The notes beneath the pieces are model-generated. The model did no database searches, had not been told where the DNA came from, and saw nothing but the letters and a program-made list of their open reading frames with translations. A DNA stretch of 64,000 nucleotides from Mobula hypostoma (Eukaryota): positions 97,528,001-97,592,000 of the forward strand of contig NC_086108.1 of NCBI RefSeq assembly GCF_963921235.1, read 5' to 3'. The position numbers were made by a program, and so were the translations under genes. Positions 26,445 through 39,011 of this stretch are shown here, in pieces. Numbering within the stretch: the first letter of the stretch is position 1; each line of letters opens with the position of its first letter.

Positions 26445-26990
26445 GACGAGTCCTTTGCCTGCATCTTTGGAAAGAGATCTATATCGAGAATCTCTGGAGG
26501 GAAGGCCCCACATCCTTGGCTTTTCCTGTTGCTGGCAGCCGGGGCTGGGGTCGAAGTGCTCGGCAGAGATGGTGCTCGGTGCTCAGTGTCGGAGGGCTGG
26601 TCGGAGGCTCGAAGTTTTCGGACGACTCAGAGTCGGACTGTGGTCGGGTGCTTCCAGGATGCTGCATCGGCAAGTTTGCAGCGCTGATAGCTCATGGCAG
26701 GAAGAGAGTTTTCTTCCTTCTCCGGTCTGCGTGAGATGATGGGACTTTCAAGAGACTTTGAACTTTTTTTTTACTGTGCCCATGGCCTGTTCTTCATCAA
26801 GTTAGGGTATTGCTTGCACTGTTGTAACTATATGTTATAATTATGTAGTTTTTGTCAGTTTTTCAGTCTTGGTTTGTCTTGTGTTTCTGTGATATCACAC
26901 TGGAGGAACATTGTATCATTTCTTAATGCAAGCATTACTAAATGACAATTAAAGAGGACTGCGTGTCCTCATAATCTAATCTAATCTAAT
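26445..26990 (+). mobile_element. Non-coding retroposon family with (TAATC)n tail; other copies 40231-40618 and 46343-46858
   Basis: Three copies share GACTC(A/G)GAGTCGG(A/G)C...GACTTTGA...GTAACTATATGTTATAATTATGT...ATGACAAT; ragged 5' ends, common 3' end. Confidence 0.75.
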
Positions 26991-28920
26991 TTCTACCTTT
27001 AATATCTCTATTTTTCCCTTTCAGGGTTCTTTTGTAAACCCTGACCTGGAGTTACACTCTGACTTTGGTTCTTTGTGGCCTAGAAGGTTAGTGTGCCTTC
27101 AGAGTTCCGGGATTTCGTGGCTCTGGAGGTGGGTGAACTTGTGGTTGGTGCCTCTGCAGGGAATCGGTGTGTCGTGGGAGTTGGAAGATGGAAAGCAGCA
27201 AGCTGGCTGCTTGCTGTTTGCCCAGAGATCCAAGTTCTTTGGGCACAGAGCTCAGAAAAAGCGATGCAACAGACTTTTAACATCATAACTCAGCGAGTTG
27301 TTTGTCATGTCTCCCCTCTCGCTGTGAAATGGAGACACCCCTTTTTCCATTATTAGGGGGAGAGAGAGCCTGTGGTATGTCAAATTACCGGATGAACGAG
27401 TAGCCTTTGGAGTACTGCAAGTCTGTGTCTTTATTGATGCTTTGCTGCACACCTGAGTGCTCTAGGTGGGGAGGGGGGCACCAATGCTTTTTTGCTGGTG
27501 GGGTAGGGGGGGATCATTGCTTTCCTGTTGCTTAAGCATGGGGGTGGGGAGCTGGTTCTAACATTTAACTGTTATTCATTCTTTGGGGCACTCCTCTGTT
27601 TTCATGGATGGTTGCAAAGAAAAAGAATTTTAGGATGTATATTGTATATATTTCTCTGACATTAAATGTACCTTTGAAACCTATGAAACCTTTAAAAGTT
27701 ACTAACCTGCAACCATCAGGCTCTTGAACCAGCATGGATAACTTCACTCACCTCATCTCTGAACTGATCACTGAACACGATCTATGGACTGACTTTTAAG
27801 GACTCTGCAACTCATGTTGTCAGTGCTATTTATTTATTTATTCCAGTTGCACAGTTTGTCTTCATTTGCAAACTAGTTATTTGTCAGTCTTTGTGTGTAG
27901 TTTTTCATTGATTATATCATATTTCTTAGTTCAACTGTGAATGCCTGCAAGAAAATGAATCTCAACATAGTATGTCATATATAGCATATACGTACTTTGA
28001 TCATAAATTTATTTTGAAATGTTGAATTTTGAACTTGATCCAAAGCATATTTTGTTTTGCAGAGAGTATGTAGGTTGTAATTAAACATAATATTTAATAA
28101 GTTAATCCAGTTTTCTATTGATGAGCATTTATATTTACATTGGCACACTTGTTAGAAGATCGACATGCAATAGAAATTTGAGTCAATATGAAAACAGTAC
28201 AATTTCAGTAGTATGTTAAACAATGTATTCATGGGAGAAAAGACTTTATCGATATGCAAAAGCCTTGTTAATTGCCTCTACAGTGTATTGCCTTTAAATC
28301 ATTGTTTTGAATGTAACTATACTGGTGGCCTTGATCAATTTTGAGCTGATTTATATAACCATATAACAATTACAGCACGGAAACAGGCCATCTCGGCCCT
28401 TCTATAGCAGAATGGACCAGAATTAAGTAAAAATAGCTATCAATATTTGGTGACTGCTTAGCTTATATAAAGTCTTGTCTTCTTATTCATTTACAAATGA
28501 ATTATAGGTTACTTGTTTAACATTCAGCCTGCAGACTCTGCCCTTGAACTCTACTAGTCGAGTGAAAGACATAAAAATGACTAAGTTACAATAAATAAAG
28601 AAATAAATAAAAATAAATAAATACTGTAGTTAGGTAGACGGAGCAAAAGAAGAATTCTGAGGTAGCGTTCATGAGCTCATGGACTGTTCAGAAATCTTAT
28701 GGCGGAGGTGAAGAAACAGTTCCTAAAACGTAGATCTTCAGGCTCTGTAAATCCTTCCAGATGGTGGTAATGAGAAGAGGGCATGTCCTGGATGGTGAGG
28801 GTCCTTCACGATGGCTGCCACCTTCTTGAGGTTTTTTGAAGATCTTCTCCCTGGTGGAGAGGCTGGGACCCAGAACTCCAGCCTTGAACTCTGGGCATGC
28901 TGAATGACTTGCCTTCTTGC

Positions 28921-29073
28921 CTCCTGCTCACATACAGCTTGGCACCGGTGTCCTTGCAGAGCAATGTGTGGTTAAGTGCCTTGCTCAAGGACACAACACG
29001 CTGCCTCAGCTGAGGCTCGAACTAGTGACCTTCAGATCACTAGACCGACACCTTAACCACTTGGCCACGCACC
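28921..29073 (-). mobile_element. tRNA-derived SINE
   Basis: Minus strand A-box GTGGCCAAGTGG and B-box GTTCGAGCC, then GTGTCCTTGAGCAAGGCACTTAACC. Confidence 0.8.
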
Positions 29074-29277
29074 AACACCAAATTTATTATAAAAGTATAT
29101 ATATGTCACTAAATACAACCCTGAGATTCATTTTTTGCGGGCATACACAGTAAATCCAATAACCACAATAGAATCAATGAAAGACCGCACCTACAGAGCA
29201 GTCAATCAATGTGCAAAAGACAACAAGCTGTGTAAATATGAAATAAAATAAATAATAATAAGTAAAAAGCTAGAACA

Positions 29278-29560
29278 TTGATTGGTGAAAGAGATACAGG
29301 GCAGTATCTCTTTCACCAATCAACTTCCCAGAACTTTACTTCACCCCGCCCCCCCCCCAGTTTCACCTATCACCTTCTGGTTCTTCCTCACCTCCCTCAA
29401 CTTGACTCCTCATCTTTTTTCCCAGTCCCGATGAAGGGTCTCAGCCCAAAACGTTGACTGTACTCATTTCCATAGATGCTGCCTGGCCTGCTGAGATCCT
29501 CCAGCATTCTGAGTGTGTTGCTTGGATTTCCAGCATCTGCAGTTTTTCTCTTGTTTGTGA
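29278..29560 (+). mobile_element. PLE pLTR insertion beginning with a 20-bp perfect hairpin
   Basis: Stem 29278-29297/29304-29323; mutated hammerhead at 29423-29460; inserted into a Rex-like tail. Confidence 0.8.
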
Positions 29561-30229
29561 ATAAATTTCGAGAACATGATATAAAGAGTCATTGAAAGTG
29601 AGTCCGTAGGTTGTGGGAACAGTTCAGTGAAGGTGTTTTCCGCCTACCACTGCTGGATCTTTTAATATACACACTTAATAGCAATATAAAATGAATATCT
29701 ACAAATTTGTTCTGTTTGAAAGAGTACTTTGTCATCTCCAATAAGATGTCAATTTAAGAGCAAACATCCCCTAGGAACACATCTCAGCTGAGAACATGGA
29801 ATTCAATGGGAAGCAGGGAAAATCGTAGCAACAGAAACCCTCTGTAACTGTATATGAAAATCAGTAAAATTGGAAAAGCTGGAAATGTGAAGCAAAAACA
29901 GAAAATGTTAGTAAAGCCCAGCAGCGGACTCAAGACTCAACCCAAACATATACAGAATATTACCATAAGCTACTGTGAGATTCATTTTCTTGTAGGCATT
30001 TACAGGAAAAAAAATGCAATAGAAATTGCAAAAACTATACATTGCATGTGTAAAATAACACAAATAATGTAAAAATAAAAAAATAATACCAAGAACCTGA
30101 GTTGTAAAGAGTCCTTGAGAGTGAATCCTCCTTTTCTTTTGAAACAATTTCTTTTGAGTTTCAGGAAGGAATGATTTTACAGAAAGCTACAAAAGGCTGT
30201 TCTCCAGCCAGTACTCTGCTGAGAACGGA

Positions 30230-30465
30230 GAGTAACACACACACAAACTGCTGGAGTGACTCAGCAGGTCAGGCAGCATCTATGGGGAGGAATAAACAGT
30301 TGTCGCTTCCTCTTTGCTGAAATGCTAAGCCCTGAAGAAGGGTTTCAGCCTAAAACGCTGACTGCTTATTCCTCTCCATAGATGTTGTCTGGCCTGCTGA
30401 TTTCCTCTAGCACTTTGTGTGTGTTACTCTTGATTTCCATCATCTGCAGAATCTCTTATGTTTCA
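30230..30465. mobile_element. PLE pLTR foldback, older
   Basis: 30230-30308 is the imperfect reverse complement of 30353-30429; degenerate hammerhead at ~30328-30364. Confidence 0.75.
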
Positions 30466-31048
30466 CAGAACATCTATCTACCTGTCACAGAACTCCCTTC
30501 CACATTTTCCTTAACTCTTTGCCTTTTCTGAATTTTAAATAGAGATCTTTTTAACACTAACTTTGTTGAGTTCTATGAAGTTTAGTGCAGAAGATACATT
30601 TGACTTGATCACAGTTAAAGAACTGTGTATCTAAAATAGTCAGTTGGCAATGCCTTCTTTTATTCAAAGTTTCCATCTACAGGAATGATGTTAAACATTC
30701 CCAGCACATTAATGTAGTTATAATGCATATTTGTTGTTCTAGTTAGTTTCCAGTTGCCCAAAGTGATATTTATCCTGAACTTTCTATTATCATGGTTTCA
30801 AAGTACATTTAGTATCAAAGTATGTATACCATATACAACCTTGAGATTCGTCTCCTTACAGGCATCCACAAAACAAAGAAACCCAGTAAAACACATTAGG
30901 ATGAATAAAGGGTTGACAGTTAGGGGCGAGACGCTTCATCAGGTAATATATGTTCTGATGAAGGGTCTAGCCCCGAAATGTCAACTCTATTTCTTCCCAT
31001 AGATGCTGCCTGACCTGCTGAGTTCCTCCAGCATTTTGTGTGTGTCTG

Positions 31049-31053
<5 letters not shown>

Positions 31054-31104
<51 letters not shown>

Positions 31105-31107
31105 TGT
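31054..31107. repeat. (GT)n microsatellite
   Basis: Directly visible run adjoining the TGTGTG end of a PLE pLTR. Confidence 0.95.
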
Positions 31108-32399
31108 ACGTGTCCATCTGTCTGTCGCTTGGCTAATTATTTATTTACATCTTTATGCAGATATTTATAAAATTGTGCTTAATTCATAAGTGTTTAATTT
31201 CATAAGATTTATTGGAGCTAAACCCAAGCTCATTTATTTTAAGGATTAGCTCTAATAAATCCATGGAAGCTGATGTCAAATTGTCATAACTCATTATTGT
31301 AATTCAACCTGAAGGTATTTAGTAGAACTGACTATCAGGCCCATAGCCCTTGGGCAGTTTTAGTCTGTATCTACATGCAAATTCACAAGTCCGAGACATC
31401 AGCCTGCGTCCAGAGTCTTTTATTTAAGTGTTTAAACTACTCTGTCTGGTGGGGAGTAAATATCTAACTGTACTGTTTGCTGATTTAGCTATCGACTTGT
31501 TTCCTTTGCTACCTTTTGACCACAGTGCTGTATCTGTGAAGGATTACACGGAGTCTCTATCCTTATTGATCTGCTTCAGGGGTGACCTTTAAAAAAATTT
31601 TAAATGTATTCCCATAAAATTTGTCCATTTTTGTTTCTTGTGATGACTTTCAAATGCTTGAAATAGCTCCTTTTTCAATCATAGCTCAAACATTTACAGA
31701 TCTTTTAATTCAACTCACCTTGTGAAATAAGGTGGATTTTATTAAGAAAGTCCTGATGAAGGGTCTTGGCTTGATTGTTTATCCCTCACCATAGATACTG
31801 CCTGACCTGCTGAGTTCCTCCAGCACTTCTTGTGCATGACTTACACAAAAATTCTGTAGCCTTCTGAGGAAGTAATAGTATACAGAAACCTTTGACAAAC
31901 ATATGGCCCCCAACTGCAATTGTAAAGGACAATTAAGCTGGACGGATGCCCCCAAAATCCTGGACACATCCCAGTGTGAGTGGTTTGGGATTTGGTGTGG
32001 TGAGAAGGATGAGAAATGTTCTTACGGATACCACAGGTATGATACAAAATCCTGAAAGCACCAGCCACCAGGCTCAAAAACACAGTTTCTATCCCACTGT
32101 TGTAGGACTATTAAACAGTTTCCTAGTCCGATAAGCTGGACTCTTTATCTCTCTGTCTACCTCACTAGAACCTTGCACTTTATTGTTTACCTGCATTGCA
32201 TTTTCTCTGTAAGTATAACACTTTATTCTACACTCTGTTATTATTTTCTCTTGCTCGACCTGAATGCGCTGTTGTAATGAATTACACCATAAGACACAGG
32301 AGCAAAATTAGGGCATTTGGCCCTGTGAGTTTGCTCCGCCATTCCATCATGGCTGATATATCACCCCTCCCAACCCCAGTCTCCAGCACCTGCAGAATT

Positions 32400-32672
32400 T
32401 TATTTTATTGAGATACAGTTCAGATAGACCCTTCTAGCAACACCTACCCAGCAATTCCTGATTTAATCCTAGCCTAATCACAGGGAAATGTACAATGAAC
32501 AACTAACCTGCCAACCTGTACGTCTTTGGACTGTGGGAGAAAACCAGAGCACCCGGAGGAAACCCACGTGGTTCAGGGCAGAACGTACAAGCTCCTTACC
32601 AGCAGCGGCAGTGGGAGCGGGGATCGAACCTGCATCGTCTGTATTGTAAAGCGCTGTGCTACCATGCCGCCC
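32400..32672 (-). mobile_element. V-SINE/HE1-like SINE
   Basis: Minus strand GTGGGTTTCCTCCGGGTGCTCTGGTTTTCTCCCACAGTCCAAAGAC (V-domain) after a B-box GGTTCGATCCC. Confidence 0.85.
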
Positions 32673-33403
32673 CAACAGAAGAATCTCTTCTGTTCAGATT
32701 TTACTGCCAACTGGTTCAAATAGTAAATGGCACAAAAACCAGAAAAAGAGTAGATATAAACTATATACTAGAAAGGGTTACATTTTAATGGAAATAGTTT
32801 TTAAAAAGTTTGCCTTTGAAAGCTACTTCAATTACTGCTCCAGTATGCTTTAGCGGAGGATGGGGATCTGACCAATTATGGTGCACAATTAAATCTGCCT
32901 AAATTTAATGCCAATGAATGAATGGAGGATGGGGCAAGATTGTAGATGCTGGAAGAAATGTGGAACATTTAATATGCAGAACATACTTGGAATACCCTAT
33001 GTGTCTTCATTAGGATGCTGTAATGGCTTCTCATTATTGTCCTTAATTCCCTGCTGTTTACAAACAGGAACCCTTGCTGGAAAATGTAGATCAGAATAAT
33101 TTTCTGTGACCATTGTAATTGTTCCGCTTAAACACTACAAATATTTAAAAAATCAAAATAGATGTGTGTAATTTAACATAAAGAATTCAATAGCTCTTTT
33201 GCACATTCCTTTCCGTAGCTTTTAGCACGGGCTGAGCAGTCTATCACAGGTAAAGCCTAACCACCATTCAGCACATCTACAAGAAGCAATGTCACAAGAA
33301 AGAAGCATCCATCATCAGGGACCCCCACCACCCAGGTCATGCTCTCTTCTCACCGCTGCCATCGGGGAAGAAGGTACAGGGGCCTCAGGACTAGCACCAC
33401 TAG

Positions 33404-35115
33404 AACAGTCTGCGAGTTTGACAGGCGGGAAGAATTTAAAAGGAGAGCTTTTTTTTCAGGAGTTTGATCGAGGCACGACTGCGCAGGTGCGTGGATGTCA
33501 GTGAGTTAGATCAGCAGGAAGAATTTAAAAAGAAGACAGATTTATATAGCAGGTGTAGAGGAGCAGGGGTCTTTGGCTCAACAGAGCTTCGGTAATAACA
33601 GGTCGTGGCGAGGTAAGTTACTTGTGAAGAATAGGAATAGGAAGTATATCTGTGAGGCTGGTGTTCTGTACCAGGTGTCAGATGTGGGATGTCCGGGAGA
33701 CTCCCAGCCTCCCAGATGGCCACATCTGCACCAGGTGCGTTGAGCTGTAGCTCCTTAGGGATCACGTTAGGGAACTTCGTCTGGTCAGGGAGAGTGAGGA
33801 GGTGATAGAGAGGAGCTATAGGCAGGTAGTCACACTGGGGCCTAGGGAGACAGATAAGTGGTAACAGTGAGGAGAGGGAAGGGCAAGAGGCAGATGCTAG
33901 AGAGTACCCCTGCGACTGTCCTCCTTAACAATATGTACTCCTGTTTGAGTACTGTTGGTGGGTGGGGGGGGGGGATGGAGCAGCCTGCCTAGGGGAAGCA
34001 ACAATGGCCACGCCTCTGGCACAGAGTCTGGCCCTGTGGCTCAGAAGGGTAGGGAAAGGAAGAGGATGGCAGCAGTGATAGGGGACTCTATAGTTAGGGG
34101 GTCAGACTGGCGATTCTGTGGATGCAGGAAAGAAACTCTGATGGTAGTTTATCTCCCAGGTGCTAGGGTCCAGGATGTTTCTGATCGCATCCATGACATC
34201 CTGAAGTGGGAAAGTGAACAGCCCGAGGTCGTGGTAAATATTGATACCAACAACATAGGTAGGAAAAGGGAGGCGGTCCTGAAAACAGACGACAGGGAGT
34301 TAGGAAGGAATTTGAGAAGCAGGACCACAAGGGTAGTAATCTCGGGATTACTGCCTGTGCCACGTGACAGTGAGTATAGGAATAGAGTGAGGTGGAGGAT
34401 AAATGCGTGGCAGAGGGATTGGAGCAGGGGGCAGGGATTCAGATTTCTGGATCATTGGGACCTCTGTTGGGGTAGGTGTGACCTGTATAAAAAGGACAGG
34501 TTGCACTTGAATTCGAGGGGGACCAATATCCTGGTGGGGAGGTTTGCTAAGGCTATTGGGTAAAGCTTAAACTAGAATTTCTGGAGGGTGGGAACCGAAC
34601 TGAAGAGACAGAGGAAGTTTAGCTCACAGATAGGGAAAGCTTGTAGGCAGTGTAAGAAGGAGAATAGGCAGGTGATAGAGAAGGGATGTGCTCAGACTGA
34701 TGGTTTGAGATGTGTCTATTTTAATGTAAGGAGTATCATGAACAAAGTGGATGAGCTTAGAGCGTGGATCAGTACTTGGAGCTATGATGTTGTGCCCATT
34801 ACAGAGACTTGGATGGTGCAGGGGCAGGACTGGCTACTTAGAGTGCCAGGCTTTAGATGTTTCAGAAAGGATAGAGAGGGAGCCAAAAGAGGAGGGAGTG
34901 TGGCACTGTTGATCAGAGATAGTGTCATGGCTGCAGAAAAGGAGGAAATCATGGAGGGATTGTCTACGGAGTCTCTGTGAGCAGAAGTTAGAAACAGAAA
35001 GGGGTCAATTACTCTACTGGATGTTTTTTATAGACCATCCAATAGTAACAGCAATATTGAGGAGCAGGTAGGGAGACAGATTCTGGAACGGTGCAATAAT
35101 AACAGGGTTGTCGTG
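33404..35115 (+). mobile_element. CR1 LINE 5' half: 5' UTR, ORF1 (Cys motif plus SGNH esterase) and ORF2 APE endonuclease start
   Basis: CTRCQMW...HICTRC at ~33666-33740; AVIGDSIVRG...DRLHLN in ORF 33955-34563; YFNVRSIMNKVDEL...ITETW...FRKDR in ORF 34588-34980. Confidence 0.9.
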
Positions 35116-35261
35116 TTATGATTGCTGTTCCCCAATGCTGTGCTGTTGAAGAACTTTTGCCTTGGCTCATATCACAGCCTAGTGAGGTGGAGAGGGAGAG
35201 AGATGTGTGTGTGTGTTCTCCAAGAACCGTAGTTTTAACTGTAGGTCACGGTCTCCAACAG

Positions 35262-36593
35262 CAGAGGTCCCCAACCTTTTTTGCACTGCCGACCGGTTTA
35301 ATATTGACAATACTCTTGCGGACCGGCCGACCGGGGGATGGGGGGTGTAGGGTTTCCAACGGACAAGAGTAGCAGTCAAATACAGGACACTTGTGTTTAC
35401 CCGGAGAAAGACTACCATAACCATGAAGCCTTGCACGGGCACCTTTGTGCGCATACGTGTACGTGCCGATTTTTTTCTACAAATCGTTTTTGGCGATTCT
35501 GTTCAGTGAAACTACACTGTATATACATTATTTCTACTTTATATAGGCTGTGTATTTATCATATCATTCCTGCTTTTACTATATGTTAGTGTTATTTTAG
35601 GTTTTATGTGTTATTTGGTAAGATTTGGTAGGTTATTTTTTGGGTCTGGGAACGCTCAAAATTTTTTTCCCATATAAATTAATGGTAATTGCTTCTTCGC
35701 TTTACGCCATTTCAGCAGGAAAGGTTTCATAGGAACACTCTACCTTCGTGGGGGAAACACGGGACAAGGGCGGTCCCATATGGGACAAACCAATTTAGCC
35801 CAATATATGGGATGTCCCAACAAATACGGGACAGTTGGCAGCCGGGGGGGGGGGGGGGGAGGCGGGTGTTAATCACGACCGGAATATAGGTGATAAGTCA
35901 ACTATAAGTCACTTATAAGTGGCTAATACACTCAATTGCGTTTCTAAAAGGGTTTATCTAACGAATTTAATATTAAACACACAGCGCATATTTTCCTCGC
36001 ATGAATATAGTGATAAGTCAATTATAAGTCACTTATAAGTCAATAGCATCATAACATTTTAAGTAATGTTTGGATATTAAACATACAGCACTTATTTTCC
36101 CTGTATGAACATATAAAATCATTGCAACACACCAATATCGCTGGATCAGTGGGAGCCCTGGGCTTGTTTCCCTGCAACAAGACAGTCCCATCGAGGGGTG
36201 ATGGGAGACAGCGATACTCGAAGGGGGTTCCTTATGTCCTGTCTATTCCGCAATTTAGTTTTCGTTGCTTCGCAGAGATATGTTGGAAATGGAAGCAACG
36301 TTTTCAGTGCTTTCGTGGCCATCTCAGGGTATTTAGCCTTGACTTTGATCTGGAATGCCGGCAGAGATGTTATGCCAAACATACTTTTCAGCCCGTTGCC
36401 ATTTGCAAACTCGAGGAGTTGATCTTCTTCCCGCGCTGACATGGATGACACGTGCGTAATGACCTCGCGTGGGTAATGACCTCACGTGCGTTCAAGCTCA
36501 GCAGTGGGCGTGACAGGGAATGGGAAAGGGTGCAGCTGACTCATATCGCCAAACCATATTGTTTCCTCGCGGCCCGGTAGCACATGCTTTGCA
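35262..36593 (-). mobile_element. Non-autonomous hAT (Charlie/Buster-like) transposon with a transposase C-terminal remnant
   Basis: TIR CAGAGGTCCCCAACC; ORF 36146-36451 YPEMATKALKTLLPFPTYLCEA...LRVSLS...QAQGSH (hAT dimerisation domain); right TIR missing. Confidence 0.85.
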
Positions 36594-37899
36594 GAACAGA
36601 ACCCCAACCACCTTGAAAAGAAATAAAAGAGCTAGGAGAAGAAGAATAAGCTGATTCATGGACAAACTGGAAGAAGTCACCTGGGTCTGCAAAAACTGGT
36701 GCCACCATGTTTCCACATTCCTCCCCTGGTTACGTATTTGCTATGTTAAAACTGCTAAATAAGTGCATTCTGGAACTTCTTGAGAGTATACCGAAATACT
36801 CAAAGCCAATGGTAGATCTATAACCTTGCAAAGTTTAGCAAGTAGATTTAAAAGTGCCCAATACATTTTTTTTCTTTAAATTACATCAGTAAAGCTATGA
36901 AATTAAAGGAGAGCCTCTGTCACTGTGGTGAAGCTGATTGTTAACCCCTCCCATACCAAATAGGTGTTTGCTGAGCAGTGACTGTGGGGAAGAGTCTCCA
37001 CATCACAATACACCAACAGTTAACCCCTTAAAATTACCTAACCAACAAAGATTGAAAAAAAATAAAGCAGCAAAATTAAATGCAGCAGTTTTGGGGGCTC
37101 AATGTTTATTCCTTGGACAGGGCTTGTTATTTCCCTGGGAAAACTGTGAGATCTGTTCAACTTCTCACTTCATCAGCCAATCGAGCTTCCATTTATGCCC
37201 ACTGGTGTAATACATTTAAAATGGCAAGAGAGAACATATGTTCCAGTGTCCAGGACACCAATTCATTCAACTGGAGTTTGATAATAACAGTAAATTAGAA
37301 GTCTCTTGGCAGTCTGTACAATAATGGGGGGGGGGGCTTATATGCTTCTTACTGAAGTGACATCATTCAGAATGAAACACTTAAGTATCATCTAGTGTCA
37401 ATCAAATCTGTTAGAGTCATAGAGTGATACAGTACTGACACAGGTCCTTTGGCTCGGACACCCCACGACGACTACAGCATCCTCCCTGCTAGTCCCAGTT
37501 GCCTGCGTTTGGCACATAACCGTCAAACCTGTCCTCTCTGCATACCCATTTAAATGCCTCTTAAATGTTGTAACTGTACCTGCCTCGACCACTTCTTCAG
37601 GCAGTTCATTCCAGATACTGCTCTGTCTGAGGAAGTTACCTTGCAGGTCCCATGTAAATCCAAGAAATAAGAAAAGAACTGGCCAATCAGTCCCTCATGC
37701 CTAGTCTCATAAAGCTAACGTTTTACCACAAGGCCACTTTCCTGTTCTAAATACCATCCCTTGATTTCTTAAACTCTGAGCATCTATTGCTTTCTATCTT
37801 GAATGTGCCATCTCAGTAACTGAGCCTCCAGGGATGTCTTGAATAGAAAATTCCAATCATACCCTCTCCGGGTAAAGAAATTCCTGTTTATTTCTGTCT

Positions 37900-38400
37900 T
37901 TCAGCATGTTCTGACCAACTGCATCACCATTAGGCATCTGACCAAAGTTCCTACAAAGCATTGTGAGGACTGCTAAGAGGATCATTGGGGTTTCTCTTTC
38001 ACCCATAAGGGATGCAGTATTCATCAGGAGCATTGAATAGAAAGGACCCTTAGCGTTGTCAATGAACCCTCCCAACCATCCAGCCATCAGCGAGGAGGAA
38101 CCATAGCATCAGGACAAGGACTGTTAGATTGCGAAACAGCTTCCTCCCCCAGGCAGTAAGACTACTGAACTCCCTGTGACCACCTAGGTCTCACCATGTA
38201 TGAACTGCCAGTAGCGTTATACTGTATACTTTTTAAACTTGTATTGTAAATTCACCTTATCATTTGTTAATTTATTTGTGGTAATATTACTTTGTGTGTG
38301 AGTTATATGTACCGTGTTGTGCACCTTGGTCTGGCGGAATGCTGTTTTGTTTGGCGGTATCCATGTGTACAATTGATTGAAAATAAACTGAACTTGAACT
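37900..38400 (+). mobile_element. Rex1-like LINE 3' end nested in an old CR1
   Basis: Ends AATAAACTGAACTTGAACTT; CR1 sequence is contiguous across it; related copy at 44120-45250. Confidence 0.7.
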
Positions 38401-39011
38401 TGGCTTGAGTGGCCGATCTATTGTTTTTGGACTTTGACCTCCTGTTTGTAGGCTCTCTGAAGAGCAAGAAACTTTAACTCTGCATCAACCCTGTCACGTC
38501 ATTTGCTAATTTTGTATATTTCATGAGATCAGCTCTTGTTCTTCTTAATTTAGGGGCACGTTAGCCTAAAGTAAAGGGAATGGTCTGGCGAATCCTCATT
38601 CTACTCCTTCTGTTGCCAGCAGCTCTTCCTTTGCGAAAGCTGTATGTAATAGTTCAGATGTTTCTCTCTGAGACTTTATTGAGTGAGAGCAAGATGTCAC
38701 TATTCTTGTATTCATAGGCCAAAGTACTGATGAGCTTTATAATTTCTTGTTGGATCTGTACATTAACCTTCAAGCATCACAGAAACTGAGCTCCTAAATC
38801 AGGAAGTTTCTCAACTAGTACAACTGCTGTTTCACAGCTGCACAAATTGGGTCCCATCCTGAACTCTATTGCTGTCCTTGTGGAGTTTATAGGCTCTTCA
38901 TGTGAATGCACAGCTTTCCTCTGGCTGCTCTATTTTCGTCCCACGTCCCAAAGGTGTATAGGTAGGGGTTAATTGACCACTGTAACTTGCTCCTTGAGTG
39001 CAGGTAAATGG

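Noticed and set aside
33955..34563. GDSL/SGNH lipase-like host gene
   Set aside because: It lies directly upstream of a LINE APE endonuclease and is CR1 ORF1.
36146..36451. ORF resembling domesticated ZBED/SCAND3-type genes
   Set aside because: Only a deleted C-terminal remnant inside a non-autonomous hAT element.
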